Shown here piece after piece: positions 1 through 19,751 of a stretch of 64,000 nt of DNA. Origin of the DNA: the human T2T-CHM13v2.0 reference genome, Homo sapiens. The DNA is taken from the NCBI RefSeq assembly GCF_009914755.1, contig NC_060945.1; one strand, given 5' to 3'. The position numbers and the translations under genes are program-made. The number at the start of each line of letters is the position of its first letter. The stretch's first letter is position 1. The notes below the pieces were generated by a model. It was not told the DNA's origin, did not search any database, and saw only the letters and a program-made list of their open reading frames with translations.

Positions 1-2466
<2,466 letters not shown>

Positions 2467-2740
2467 AATTTGTCACAAAGGACATATTGTATGATTTCAC
2501 TTATATGGGGTGCCTAAAGTTGTCACATTCATAGAGATAGAAAGTAGAATAGTAGTTTACAATGGCTGTGGGGAGGGGAAAGTGGAGAGATAATGGGTAT
2601 GGAGTTTCAGTTTGGAAAACAAAAATTCTGGAGATGGATGGTGGTGATGGCTGCACCACAATATGAAGGAATCTAATGCCACCGAACTATATACTTAAAT
2701 TTAGTTAATGTGGTAAATATTTTGTGTGATATATTTTGTG
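2467..2740 (+). mobile_element. Old L1MB-type 3' end fragment
   Basis: ATAGAGATAGAAAGTAGAAT...TTCTGGAGATGGATGGTGGTGATGG, typical of L1MB 3' ends. Confidence 0.75.
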
Positions 2741-2741
2741 C

Positions 2742-2935
2742 TATTATATATATATATATATATAGTATATATATAGTATACATGTATAGTGCGATATATT
2801 TTGTGCTATTATATATAGTATACGTATAGTATACGTATACTATATATATACTATATTCTATATATACACCATATATAATATCATTTGAAAACATTAAAAT
2901 TTTAATTAAATTTTAATTTAAATTTTAATTAAAAA
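2742..2935. repeat. (TA)n-rich low complexity and AAATTTTAATT repeats
   Basis: Directly visible. Confidence 0.85.
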
Positions 2936-4703
2936 CAATTTGTGAGTTTATCAGATGTTCCTAAAGATTTGGGGTGGATTCACATTATGCAATTTCAATC
3001 TTCTACTGTCCTTTCTCTTCCTCTTCCCACTCTGCCCCTCATACCCCCGCTTTCCCATTGCCTTGGGCACACCAAATTCTACCTCTTCTATTACAAAGAT
3101 AATTATTTTCCTAAATAAAGACACTTCTATGCAAAAAGAATTCTGGTGACTGCTATTTGAAAAATAACATTGTCTCCTTATTACACACAAGTTAGACTGG
3201 CCAGATTTCTAAGTTTTAGGAACAAAAACTACCTCTGACTAAAGCACAAGTACTTATATACATATTTCCTAGAAAGAATGAGATTGTCTTTCTTAGGCGT
3301 CTCTTCAAACTATAAGTGTGTGACATTAATTATAGAAAGTTGTAGCACACTGAATGAGCATATCACACATTAATATTTTCATATCTCTGAATTATGTAAC
3401 AGCAGAGAGAGGAGAGATGAAGTGTTGGAGAAATATTGAAATAGAACTTACGTTTTCTGGCTTCTAAATTAGCAGAGTGTATTAGAAGACTGTGCCTGGA
3501 TATCTGAAAACAGCCAAAAAGGGAGCTGCCGCCTCTCTAATTTAATGCCAAACTCCCGGGAGTAGTTTACTGCCAGGGTTTTATCATGTATTATGAGGAC
3601 AAGTATTGGCAGGCTTCCATGAGATCCATATAAGCTTTTAACTCCTAGATCAGGTCATTGACTGATAACTGGATCCTCATATGGGCTTTTACTATCATTT
3701 TAGTAATACTCTTGGTGATTGAGTTGACTCCCATAAATCTAGTCCTGCTACTACCCCACTGGAGTGTATAGTGTTGATTCCTAACCACCTACCACTCTTG
3801 TACATTAACATTTCATAAAAGCTCTACTTACAGGTCTCCTAAAAGCTTTCTCATAGATAGACTAGAGTCTTCAAAGTCCTTTTTCTTTCCCAATAACTGA
3901 AAATAGTTCTTATACCTTAATAATAATTCAAAAACAAATGGACTTTTTCTATATAAAAATACAATATGTTATTCGGGCAGCAACAATATACCAAAGTTGT
4001 TAATAGGTGGCCCTGACTTAATATTCTTAACTGTTCTATGTTCCTATAGAATCACAAAATGTCAGTATTTGAGGATTGATTAAAGAACAGCTAATCCAGG
4101 GATTAAAATGGCTCATCTATAGGGTGGATCTGGTTTGCAGACATGTATTGTTCAGCACACACAATATTTCTAAACATTTGGAATTATCCACCACATTTTC
4201 AAATATTGCACATCAATATCTGAAGATCTGGCAATACTAGACTGGTGTTCTCTTGTAGTAATTATGGGCTGGAGCCAGGTAGTTGATGATACCTTTGTTC
4301 TCGTCTTTACCACAGTCCTCACCACATTGTGCTAGGTTTTTGTCACATCCTTTGCTCATCTCATCATGAGGCCTGAATTTTATATGGATTTGAAAATTTG
4401 ATTGGTGTCATTTTAGAGATTAGAAAACATGAGATGTAGAGTGCTTAAATAACTCTCCTAAGAGCAAATAAACAATTACTGAAAAAGGTACCTGAACCGA
4501 ATCTTATGTCTACACAAATTGCTGTAACATAAAGTGCTTCAATGGTCTAAGAGATACAGGTTGAGGAAACCTGCATTGTACTACCATGTCTCTTCTCTTA
4601 AAGTTTATTTTCCAAGTTTTTAAGTACTTTATTAGGTCAAGTTTTTTTTCCACAATCTTCAATTTACAATAAATGATCAAAATTTTTAATTCTAAATATT
4701 TAA

Positions 4704-5116
<413 letters not shown>

Positions 5117-5329
5117 TGACAAACTGTGCTTGGATATTTTTGGATTTTTATTTAATCTAACAAACTTAAAACCAAAAAACAAAATGTCAATAGTCAGATG
5201 AATGTACGTTTTTTCTGTCTTGAATCATTTCAAATAATGACTGTGTTTTTAAAAATGTGAAGTATGTCTAATTATCTATTATTGTAATGCTTTTTCTGTA
5301 TTCATAGTCAAAATATACTCTTTGTGTAT

Positions 5330-5950
<621 letters not shown>

Positions 5951-6794
5951 AGGATATGCTCTTTAAAATAATTACTAATGAATATTTTTGCCAAAAATAA
6001 AACACATACACCAGTTCCTAACACTGATTATCAAGATATTTATTTATAATAATTAGAAGATAATTAGAACTATTACTGAACTTATGAGAAGAAAGAATCC
6101 CAGCTCAAAAGAGGAGGCTGAGCAAATGACCCCCACTGAGAGAATAAATCTGAGAAACTGAAAACGATTTTCTAATATGCAATGAAATTTTAGTAAAATA
6201 AATATGCATAAACTGACATTTTAAGAGAACTCTCTAAAAATTACTAATTTTATATGAAAACATAAAACATTGTTGCTAAAATAAAAATATCAAGAGAGTG
6301 ATAGAACAGCAAAATAGATGCTCCTAAGTAGAATATTGGGAATAATTCAAGTAATTCTCCAAAGAAGCAATATGAAAATATTTAAAATTAAAATTATGCT
6401 TTAAAATATACAAGGAATGGAAGACAGTTGCAAAATTTAAAAAAAAAACAGACTAAAGAGAAGATTCATCAAAAATAAAACGACATTAATTGTTCCTGAA
6501 CCAAAGAAAAACTTGAGTCTCAGATAAAAAGAACTAACTGAAAGCAGGGCAGATTATTTGGGAGAATAAAACTTATTTGTAGAAATAGCCCAGAAAAATA
6601 CATATTTTCTAAGGCTAAAAAGAAATTTGAATCGCTTCTAAATAACAAAGCAAACTACAAAGAAAAATAAATCAGTAAGCATCAAACTTTCATCTATAAC
6701 ACTAAATGGTATAACACAATAAACCACAAGAATTCTCAAAATTAAATAGTCATTCTAACAAACGTTCATAAAAGAGGGAGAAAAGAATAGTAAG

Positions 6795-6795
<1 letters not shown>

Positions 6796-6825
<30 letters not shown>

Positions 6826-6830
6826 ACATG
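6796..6830. repeat. (TG)n(CG)n microsatellite
   Basis: Alternating purine-pyrimidine run of ~35 bp. Confidence 0.95.
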
Positions 6831-7782
6831 AATGCAAGCACACTAAAGAGCCGAGCAATGGGATGTAGTGACAGGTATTGTTTCTGTGTGCTTAGGAACA
6901 CCTCCCTGTTGAACTTTCCTTCCCCTGCTCATTACAGTGCTGCTAGACTGATAATTCCAGGACCTTGCCCACTTGATCACTGGGGTGGAACTTACATACT
7001 GTCCTTCAGTGGTTTGAATCTTCAATAGAGAATCACATGAATGCAACATGATGGAAATTGATTCTTCTATTAACAGAATTCTTTAACCTCACCAAATACA
7101 CTTTTGCTAGTTCATCACCTGTTTTAGAGTTGTTTTTCCATTTTGTTGAATTAATGCATGCACTTTTCCCATTTTTTACATCTGTTAGTCCATCTCCTAG
7201 AAACAACTATTCTACCCCGTATCATTTTTACACAATTTCTACTTCCATATCTTTTAATAATATACTTCTTATGCTGTTTTCTGATTTATAAAATTTAGGT
7301 ATAATCTAATTATTATAATAAATGAGGAATCATTGGCTTACCACTAGCCTCCTTCCAACCAGTTGTTATATCCATATTTTGAGTTCCCGTGTAGTTTCTT
7401 TGTGTCTTTAGTAAAATATTAACATCTTTATTTTTTATTTCAAAGCTGTGGGAATGTATATTTTGTAGCAGTAAACCCAGTGCATACTTTGGCCAAATAC
7501 TAAGCCAAACCCAAAGATGTTGCATCCATAATCTTTCTTCTCATGTTTGATGATGATATTAATGACCATAGTTTTCATTTCAGCATCACTATGTTCTTTT
7601 CTCCTGCAAATTTTATCATCTGCATAATAACTTTTGCAATGCTAAAGTTAAGGGTATTGATATATAATTAATTCTGCCATGGGTTAGCTGTAGGTTGAAG
7701 TCTAATTTGAAAGTCATTGAGAGCGTTAAGAATGTAAACATGGTTTTCTGCAGATCAAAGCAGTGTAGATTGATCGTTGTGA

Positions 7783-7945
7783 TATTTTTAACTTTTATAT
7801 TATGTTCAGGGATACATGTGCAGGTTTTTTATATAGGTAAACTCATGTGATGGGGGTTTGTTGTACAGATTATTTCATTATCCAGGTACTAAGTCTAGTA
7901 TCCAATAGTTGTTTTTTTCTGATCCTCTTCCTCCTCCCACCCTTT
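7783..7945 (-). mobile_element. Old L1PA (PA13-16-like) extreme 3' fragment
   Basis: GGATACATGTGCAGGTT...TTGTACAGATTATTTCAT...CCTCCTCCCACCCT. Confidence 0.7.
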
Positions 7946-9399
7946 TGTCTTGTCTTCAAATTTATTAGTATTTTATATCTACTGGGATGGAGAAAAAGCC
8001 TAGAAAAATAAGTATAGTTTTACTGAATCACCATTTCTTTTGATGCCTCTGTTTAGACTGCCTGCCCTCCAGGCCTGCTGCATGGCTGTATTTCTGGGGT
8101 TTCCCTTTGTAGCTCTTCTAGAGACAAATTGGCCCCACAGTCTCCAGGATGCCAAGATTTTTTCTGCTTACCTTTTCTTCCTCATTTAGATGCAGCCCAA
8201 CCTCAAATAACCTCCCTTGCAAGGGAGCAGAAGATATTTTATGACTTTTTTTACATTATTTATTAGAAATCCAATGTCATTCTGTACTATCTTCTAACAT
8301 TCAACATTGCTGATGGAAAATGTGATATGAGACTTGCCATTTTTCTGCAGGTCACATTGTTTCCTCAAGAAAAATTTTAGAAACTTCTCTATATCCTTAG
8401 CAATCTGAATTTTCACAATGGTATGTGTATTAGTCAGGGTTCTCTAGAGGGACAGAACGAATAGAATAGATATATACGTAAAGGGGAGTTTATTAAGTAG
8501 TATTAACTCTCACAATCAAAAGGTCCCACAATAGGCCATCTGCAAGGAACAGGGAAGCCAGTCTGAGTCCAAAGGCTGAAGAACTTGGAGTCCAATATTC
8601 AAGGGCAGAAAACATCCAGTGCAGGAGAAAGATGTAGGATGGGAAGCTAAGCCAGTGGAGCCTTTTTACTTTTTTCTCCCTGCCTTTATATCCTGGCTGA
8701 GCTGACAGCTGATTAGATGGTGCCCACCCAGATTAAGGGTGGGCCTGCCTTTACCAGCCCACTGACTCAAATGTTAATCTCCTTTAGCCACACCTTCACA
8801 GACACACCTAGGATCAATACTTTGCATCCTTTACTCCAATCAAGTTGGCACTCAGTATTGACCATTACAAGTCCACCGCTTGTCAACTTGAACCCATACG
8901 CACCTCCTGAGATCATACATAATCTTCAAATAAAGACAATACTAAGGTATAATTATGCCTAACATAATATAACTGTCCTTCGTACAACCAGAAATCCACC
9001 AATCACCAAAAAAAATGCTATTACATAGAGTTAACAATACTTAAATGCTGATATGAAGTCAATAAATCTAATGTCACATAATAAAGGAGAAAAGAAAATG
9101 AAATGGAGATATGTTCTTAGTACAAGTGTATACATGCACGAACATGTTTTTAACAAAAGAAGGAGGAAACACTCATTACAATTACAGTCCTTGTTTCTGC
9201 AACTGGCCACATGATCCTCGCTGGATTTGATGACTACCTTCTACTACCCATTCAGTATTTCCTTTGCCTTCAGCAAGCACCTCAGCAGGTCACGGTTTTT
9301 TTGTGGTAGAGTGACCCAAACCATTCCTGAAGGCTCTGGGCCATTTGTATTCCTGCCTGTATTGGGCTGTTATAGTTTCCCATTGACATTAATCACAGG

Positions 9400-9702
9400 A
9401 CATGGGAATACTAAGAGATGCCCTGATGGATCTCCTGTATTCCATGCATACTCTTCCTTACCTCTGTTGTGGAGTACTAAACTGATTTCATCTTAATGGT
9501 CTGGGTCAATCACCCCAGTCAACACTGTAACTCTCTCCTTAGACTGTTGACTTAAAGGTAGGAGAAGCCCAAAGTGTCCAGGTGGCAATCTTAACTTCCA
9601 ATTTAATGGAATTGTTCGTGTGCCTCCTGATGGCAGTGTTCCTCTCTCTGGAACTAAGACCTCTAGGCCAGTAGAACATAATGTCATGGGAACAGGAAGC
9701 AA
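9400..9702 (-). pseudogene. HERV-L dUTPase remnant
   Basis: IPLNWKLRLPPGHFGLLLP...VTVLTGVIDPD, dUTPase-like motifs after the integrase, followed by a stop. Confidence 0.8.
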
Positions 9703-9799
9703 AATTTTGCTAGTGGATCACTAGGGGTGATGGTGAGTCATGCCACTACCACTTCCACCCCTTGATTCCTGGGCCCATGAATTCTGGCTATAGGAGAAA

Positions 9800-11448
9800 A
9801 AATACCATATAATGGATGCTGGCTCAGAGCATACATAGCTTTCTGGAGAACTTTGCCTCAGCCCTGCAAAGTATTGTCACCTAGTTGGCATTATAATTGT
9901 GACTTCAAAAGGCCATTCCACCGTTCTATCAATCCAGCTGCTTCAGGAAGATGGGAACATGGTAAGACAAGTGAATTCCATGAGCATGAGCCCACTGCTG
10001 CACTTCTTTAGCTGTAAAGTGAGTGCCTTTGTCAGAGGCAATGCTGTGTGGAATACCATGATGGTGAATAAGGCATTCCATGAGCCCATGGATGGTAGTC
10101 TTGGTAGAAGCATTGCTTGCAGGATAGGCAAACCCATATCTGGAGTAAGTATCTATTCCAGTGAGGTCAAACCACTTCCCTTTCCATGATGGAAGAAGTC
10201 CAATATAATCAACCTGCCACCAGGTAGCTGGCTGATCACCCCAATGAATGGTGCCATATTGAGGGCTCAGTGTTGGTCTCTGCCACTGGCAAATTGGGCA
10301 CTCAGCTGCGGCCATAGCCAGGTCAGCCTTGGTGAGTGGAAGTCCATGTTGCTGAGCCCATGAGTAACCTCCATCCTGCCACCATGGCCACTTTTTTGAC
10401 AGGCCTATTGGGTGATGACAGGGGTACTGAGGAAAGAGGCTGACTGCTGTCCACAGAACGGGTCATCGTATCTATTTGATTATTAAAATTCTCCTCTGCT
10501 GAGGTCATCTATAGGTGAGCACTCACACAGGATATAAATGTCTTCACAGTTTTCGACCACTCAGAGAGGTCCATCCACATACATCTTCCCCAAATTTATT
10601 TGTCACTAATTTTCCAATCATGCTTCCTTCAAGTCCCTGACCATCCAGCCAAACCATTGGCTACAGCCCATGAATCAGTATATAATCACACATCTGGCCC
10701 TTTCTCCTTCCATGCAAGGTACACAACCAGGTGCACTGCTTAAAGTTCTGCCCACTGGGAAGACTTCCTCTCACCACTGTCCTTCAAGGATGTCTTAGAA
10801 AGGGGCTGTAGTGCTGCAGCTGTCCACTTTCAGGTGGTGCCCACATATCATGCAAAACCATGTGTGAACCAGGCCCTAGTCTTCTCTTCCTTTGTCAACT
10901 GATCATGGGCAACAACCTATGAGGCCATCAGTGCAGGGTGGGAGAGAGAAGGCAGGGTGGCTGGAGTGGAGACCATGGGCATTTGAGCCACTTTCCTTAT
11001 GTAACTTACTTGTTGCCTTCAGGACCTACTTGAGCCTGATCACGTATATATACCACTTCCATTTGATGATGGAATGCTGCTGTGCACTACCCATTTTATG
11101 GCTAAACGGGTCAGAAAGCACCCAGTTCACGATAGGCAGTTCAGCTCTCATGGTGACTTCATGACCCATAGTCAAATGTTCAGTTTCCACCAAAACCCAG
11201 TAACAGGCCAAGAGCTGTCTCTCAAAAGGAGAGTGGTTATCTGCAGGAGACGGCAGGGCCTTGATCCTAAATCCTAGAGGCCTTCACTGTGATTCACCTA
11301 TGGGGGCCTGCCAAAGGCTCCAAACAGTATCCCTATCTGCCACTGACACCTCAAGCACGATTGTATCTGCTGGGTCATATGGCCCAAGTGGCAGAGCAAC
11401 TTGCACAGCAGCCTGAACCAGTTACAGAGCCTTCTCCTGTTCTGGACC
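9800..11448 (-). pseudogene. HERV-L pol remnant (connection/RNase H/integrase)
   Basis: ECPICQ zinc finger; WWQVDYIG...GIDTYS...IASDKGTHF integrase core in ORF 9929..10315; multiple disruptions. Confidence 0.88.
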
Positions 11449-12478
11449 CCACTCCTGGTATCAAAATCTGTATTAGTCAGGGTTCTCTAGAGGAACAGAA
11501 CGAGAGAATAGGTGTATATATAAAGGGGAGTTTATTAGGTAGTAATAACTCACACAATCACAACCTCCCACAATAGGTCATCTGCAAGCTGAGGAGCAAG
11601 GAAGCCAGCCTGAGTCCCAAAGCTGAAGAAATTGGAGTCCAATGTTCAAGGGCAGGAAGCATTCAGCACAGGAGAAATATATGTGCTGGAAGGCTAAACC
11701 AGTCTAGCCTTTTTATGTTTTTCTGCCTGCTTTATATCCTGGCTAAACTGACAGCTGATTAGATGGTGTCCACCCAAATTAAGGGTGGGTCTGCCTTTCC
11801 CAACCCACTGCCTCAAATGTTAATCTCCTTTGGCAGCACCATCATAGACACACCCAGGATCAATACTTTGCATCCTTCAGTCCAGTCAAGTTGATACTCT
11901 GTATTAATCATCACAGTATGTCTAAGAATGTGTCTTCATTCATTGTGCTGGGAACTCAGTGCAGTCTTTAATTGCAAGTTAAAATCACCTTGGATTTTTT
12001 ATTTGCTAATTTTGTCTACATCATTTTCTTTGTCATCTCTTTGTGGAATTCTTGGTAGCTTATTTTCGTCTCTTAGATTATGCATTTTAAATATTTTCTA
12101 CTTTCTGTTTAATTTATTTATGTCTTCCAAAGTGTCTACCAAATTGTTTTCTAGCAATATTTTAGCACCATCAGGATTCAGTACCTTGGACAGTTCTCTG
12201 GGTGACGATGTAATTCAGGGCACCAATTAGCATGCTGAGGGCCACAGACATCAAACCAGAGTGAGAGAGGAGAGAGAGTTTGAGTGGAAAAAAAAATAAT
12301 TGTTTGTGAGATCAGAAGACAATCTCAAGAACTTTCAAATAACCATGAGATATGGGGTAAAGCAGAAATTCTAATTTGATGGGCATCTATTATCTATCCA
12401 GCACTGTTTTCTAGGATTTCTCCACCAGCATCTCTGCTCCACTACACAAACATACACACACACACTCCCCAACATGAC

Positions 12479-14745
12479 TGATACAGTTTGGCTGTGTCTT
12501 CACTGAAATCTCAACTTGAATTGTATCTCCCAGAATTCCCACATGTTGTAGGAGGGACCCAGGAAGAGGTAATTGAATCATGGGGCCTGGTCTTTCCCAT
12601 GCTATTCTCGTGATAGTGAATAAGTTTCACGAGATCTGATGGGTTTATCAGGGGTTGTCGCTTTTGCTTCTTCCTCATTTTTCTCTTGGCACCACCATGT
12701 GAGAATTGTCTTTCACCTCCCACCATGATTCTGAGGCCTCCCCTGCCATGTGGAACTATAAGTCCAATGAAACCTCTTTTTGTTCCCAATTTTGTGTATG
12801 TCTTCATCAGCAGCATGAAAACAGACTAATACAGTAAATTGATACCAGTAGAGTAGAGCACTGCAGAAAAGTTACCCAAAAATGTGGAAGCGATTTTGGA
12901 ACTGGGTAACAGGCAGAGGTTGGAACATTTTGGAGAACTCAGAAGAAGACAGAAAAATGTGGGAAAGTTTGGAACTTCCTAGAGACTTGTTGAAGGGCTT
13001 TGCCCAAAATGCTGATAGTGATATGAACAATAAAATTCAGGCTGAGGTATTCTCAAATGGAGATGAGGAATTTGTTGGAAACTGGAGCAAAGGTGACTCT
13101 AGTTATGTTTTAGCAAAGAGACTGGTGGTATTTTGCCCCTGCCCTAGAGATTTGTGAAACTTTGAACTTGAGAGAGATGATTTAGGGTAACCAGTGAAAG
13201 AAATTTCTGAACAGCAAAGCATTCAAGAGGTAACTTGGGTGCTGTTAAAGGCATTCAGTTTTATAAGGGAAGCAGAGCATAAAAGCTTGGAAAATTTGCA
13301 GCCTGACTATGTGATAGAAAAAGAAAAACCCATTTTCTATGGAGAAATTCAAGCTAGCTGCAGAAATTTGCATAAACAGGAAGGAACCTAATGTTAATCC
13401 CCAAGACTATGGAGAAAATGTCTCCAGGCCATGTCAGAGAACTTCCTGGCAGCCTCTCCCACCACAGGCCTGGAGGACTAGGAGAAAAAAGTGGTTTTGT
13501 GGGCTAGGCCCAGGGTTCCTATGCTGTGTGCAGCCTAGGGATTTTGTCCCGTGTCCCAGCAGCTCCAGCCATGGCTGAAAGGGGCCAATGTGCAGCTCAG
13601 GCTGTGGCTTCAGAGGGTGGAAGCCCCAAGCCTTGGCAGCTTCCACGTGGTGTTGAGCATGCAGGTGTGCAGAAGTCAAGAACTGAGGTTTGGGAACCTC
13701 TGCCTAGATTTCAGAAGATGTATAAAAACCCCTGGATGCCCAGGCAACAGTTTGCTGCATAGGCAGGGCTCTCATGGAGAACCTCTGCTAGAGCAATGCA
13801 GAAGGGAAACATGAGGTCAGAGGACCCACACAGAGTCCCTACTGGGGCACTGCCTAGTGGAGCTGTGAGAAGAGGGCCACCATCCTCCAGACCCCAGAAT
13901 GGTAGATCCACTGACAGCTTACACCACAAACCTGGAAAAGCCATAGACACTCAATGCCAGCCTGTGAAAGCAGCCAAAAGGGAGTCTGTACACTGCAAAG
14001 CCACAGGGATGAAGCTGCCCAAGACCATGGGAACCCACCTCTTGCATCAGTGTGACATGGATATGAGACCTGGAGTCAAAGGAGATCATCTTGGAGATTT
14101 AAAATTTGATTTCCCTGCTGGATTTTAGACTTGCATGGGCCCTGTAGCCCTTTTGTTTTGGCCAAATTCTCCCATTTGGAATGGCTGTATTTACCCAATA
14201 CCTGTACCCCATTGTATGTAGGAAGTAACTAGCTTGCTTTTGATTTTACAGGCTCATAGGCAGAAAGGACTTGCCTTGTCTCAGACAGGACTTTGAACTG
14301 TGGACTTTTGGGTTAATGCTGAAATGAGTTAAGATTTTGGGGTACTGTTAGGAAGGCATGGTAGGTTTTGAAATGTGAGGACACGAGATTTGGAGGGGCA
14401 AGAGGTAGAATAATATGGTTTGGCTGTGTCCCTACCAAAATCTCAACTTGAATTTATCTCCCAGAATTCCCACATGTTATGGGAGGGACCCAGGGGGAGG
14501 TAATTGAATCATGGGGGCCAGTCTTTGCCATTCTATTCTCATGATAGAAGTCTCACAAGATCTGATGTGTTTATCAGGGATTTCTGCTTTTGCTTCTTCC
14601 TCATTTTTCTCTTGCCGCCATCATGTAAGAAGTGACTTTCACCTCTCGCCATGATTCTGAGGCCTCCCCAGCCATGTGGAACTGTAATTCCAATGAAACC
14701 TCTTTGGGATTGTCTTTATCAGCAGTATGAAAACAGACTAATACA
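12479..14745 (+). mobile_element. Full-length THE1A (MaLR) with internal region
   Basis: LTRs 12479-12833 and 14411-14745; ~1.58 kb internal region; 5-bp TSD ATGAC (12474-12478, 14746-14750). Confidence 0.95.
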
Positions 14746-14874
14746 ATGACTATGACTCAATAAGTTACCATGTTCCTCGAGCTCTGCCTCATCACACTGT
14801 TGACCTCAGTTGATTAATTCAGAGGTGAATATCTGACCAAGACGAGTTCATCAGTTCCCTTTCCAATGATTTTT

Positions 14875-15590
14875 TAAAATAAGCTATTTATTTTAGAATT
14901 ATTTTAGATTTATGGAATATCTGTGGAGATAGTGTACACTACACCCACAACTAATTTCTCCTGTTATTAATATCTTACACTATTATGGTACACTTCTTAT
15001 AGTTAATTAACCAATATTTATATATTAAGATACCCCTTTTTTGATTACCTTGATGCTTTTGAGAAGTATTGATCAGGTATTTTTGAAAAGTCCCTCAGTT
15101 GGAACTTATCTGACGTTTCTTTCATGGTTAGACTGGGGTTATGAGTTTTGGGAAGAAAGACTATAGAGATCAACTGTCATTCTCAACAAATCATATCAAG
15201 GTACTCCACTATCATCATGAATTATCACTGTTGATGTTAATTTTGATCACCTTGCTGAAGTAGTGTTTGTCAGCTTTCTTCACTATAAAGTTATTCTTTT
15301 CCTCCTTCAATAATGTAGAATTTGAAAGGAAGTTGCTATGTGCAGCCCACACTTAAGGAGTGTGGAGTTATGTTCCACCTTCTTAAGGACCTACTATCTA
15401 CATAAACTTTTTGAAATTTTTCTGCACAGGAGATTTTCCTCATCTTCTCCATTCATTTATTTATTTAGTCATTTATTTGTATTAGCAGGGATTCATAAAT
15501 ATTTATTTTATACTTTGGGCTATAATTCAATGATACTTTATTTGGTTGCTCAAGTTATTCTAGCTTTGGCCACAGGCAGCTCCTGCCCCA
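14875..15590 (-). mobile_element. Old L1M (MB/MC) fragments
   Basis: ATGGTTAGACTGGGGTTATG...GATGTTAATTTTGATCACCTTGCTGAAGTAGTGTTTGTCAG. Confidence 0.6.
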
Positions 15591-16794
15591 AAGATTTTTA
15601 AAATTGTAATAAGAAACCAATCAGCCTCTGTCTCTAGATGACTAAACCTATTTTTATCTAAAACTCGAAAGCTGTTGGAAACCAATTTTTTTCTACCAGA
15701 GTATAAATATGATGGAACCAATTATGCAGAGAGAAAATAATGTAAAGTAAGAAGCCCAGAAAAGAAGCAAAAGCACACACCCTTATTCCCTCCCAATTCT
15801 TTAGTTAGATCCACATCCTGGGAAGTCCTGTTGTCCTATTCTGAGGTTTTGTGTGCCATTCCAGTTTCTGCATACAAAATATCTCTTTTTCTTTAAATTG
15901 GATCCATCTATTCAACCTGAAGAGTTCAAACAGCTACAAGAAGAAACTGCATTATTTGGGTGGGGACACAGGCGAGGAGATTTCCAGTAGTGGTTATTAA
16001 TATCATTCATTGAAACCTAGAGACCCAGGGTTCAGTTGCATTTCCGACAGTCCCTGGCTTGTTCCTGCCATCCTTGGCACTGCCCAAGAGGCCTCTGATG
16101 ATGACTGCCACTGATATGCTCAGCTCTGTCCACCTCTGGGATTAATGAGATCTTTGTCTGAGTTCCCTGGCCTGCCAGCTCCTCTTCTGTTGCTCCCATC
16201 AGTTTTACACCTTTCATTCTTCCTATCTCCACCTTGCCTACCCACTCCACCCAACTTTCTTTTTCCTGTAGTAGTTTTACTACAGGATCTGCTTCAATTC
16301 CTGGTGGAAAGTCACGTTGGTACTTAGTGTTTGGACAGTATATTATACATTATAATGACAGTATAAGATTTGTAGACAAATATCATTCCACTTTAAGAGT
16401 AAGTTTTAAGGTAGATATTATTCCAATATCTCGAATTAGAAAACTAGAAAATTTCAAATTAGAAAACTATCATTCATACTCATTGAGTCCTCTTTCACAT
16501 AGTGAAAGCGAGTTTCAACCAAGGTTTTGACTCCAACTACTGTGCTCATTCCACAATACTATACCGCATGCATTAAAAGAGTGACAAGTTAAGCTGCATT
16601 CTTATTCTTTGATTGAAGGAAATATCTAGTGACCTTACGAGGCAGCCTTCTTAGTATAGCCAAGAAAACCATCGGGTCTGTATGTGCAACCAACCTAATG
16701 TTCATATAGATCATCATTTTACCGATATGGTGAAGGTAAATTACTCCTTTTACATATTACAGTAGTTATGAGGAAGCTAAAGGAATAATCTGAT

Positions 16795-18925
<2,131 letters not shown>

Positions 18926-19169
18926 ATCTTATTGATTGTTGTTAATGATGTGTAATAACCACTGAAAACATGATTCCAACTTTATCTTTAAACTATAACT
19001 CAAAACAATGATAGATATTTTAAGAATTAGACCGATTTTTTGTCATTGGAAGCTAAAAATCAGCTTTATCTAGAAGGTGTAAAAAACACTTTAGTACAAA
19101 CCTACCTAGATTGGGAAATTTACCGGAACTCATTTATTCAATAGTTATGCATATTTCAAATAAAGCTGC

Positions 19170-19751
19170 CATTTTTTTTTATTTCTGCTTTTATAAACTA
19201 CCACAAACTTAGCAGCTTAAAACAGCATAAGTTTATTATCTTACCATTGTGGAGGTCAGAAATTTAACATGGGTCTCACTGGACTAAAATCCAGTGCTGT
19301 GTCTCTTTCCGGAGGCTCTAGGGGAGGATTCATTTCCTCGCTCATTCAGATTGTCAGCAGAATTCAGTTCTTCGTGTTGTAGGACATAAATCTCTATTTC
19401 TTTACTGGCTGTCAGCGAGGACTTTCCATCTTCTAGAGGCCATGGCATTCCTTAGCTCAGGGCTCCCTTCCCCATTTCAAAACCAGTAATAGTGGGCAGA
19501 GGCCTTCCAAAGCCTCAAATCTCTCTTCCTTCCATCTCATCCCCCGACACAGCCAGGAAAATTTACCCACTTTTAAGGACTCATACGATTATGTTGGGCC
19601 CACATAGATAATCCAAGATAATACCCCCATTTTGACATCTGTTCCTTTCATCACAACCACAAAGCCTCCTTTGCCATGTAAGGTAATGTATTCACATGTT
19701 CAAGACATTCAGGGGTGGGCATATTTGGGGGCTATTATTCTGCCTACCACA
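19170..19751 (-). mobile_element. MLT1 (D/E-like) solo LTR
   Basis: TACCACAAACTTAGCAGCTTAAAACA...CTATTATTCTGCCTACCACA. Confidence 0.78.

Larger units (their letters stand above)
8426..11915 (-). mobile_element. HERV-L provirus with MLT2A LTRs, internally deleted
   Basis: Two ~445 bp direct LTRs (8426-8869, 11469-11915), each TG...CA; 5-bp TSD GTATG (8421-8425, 11916-11920); PBS region beside 11468 and PPT beside 8870 on the minus strand. Confidence 0.95.

Noticed and set aside
12882-14128. THE1 internal ORFs as a gene
   Set aside because: Broken fragments of the decayed MaLR internal ORF.
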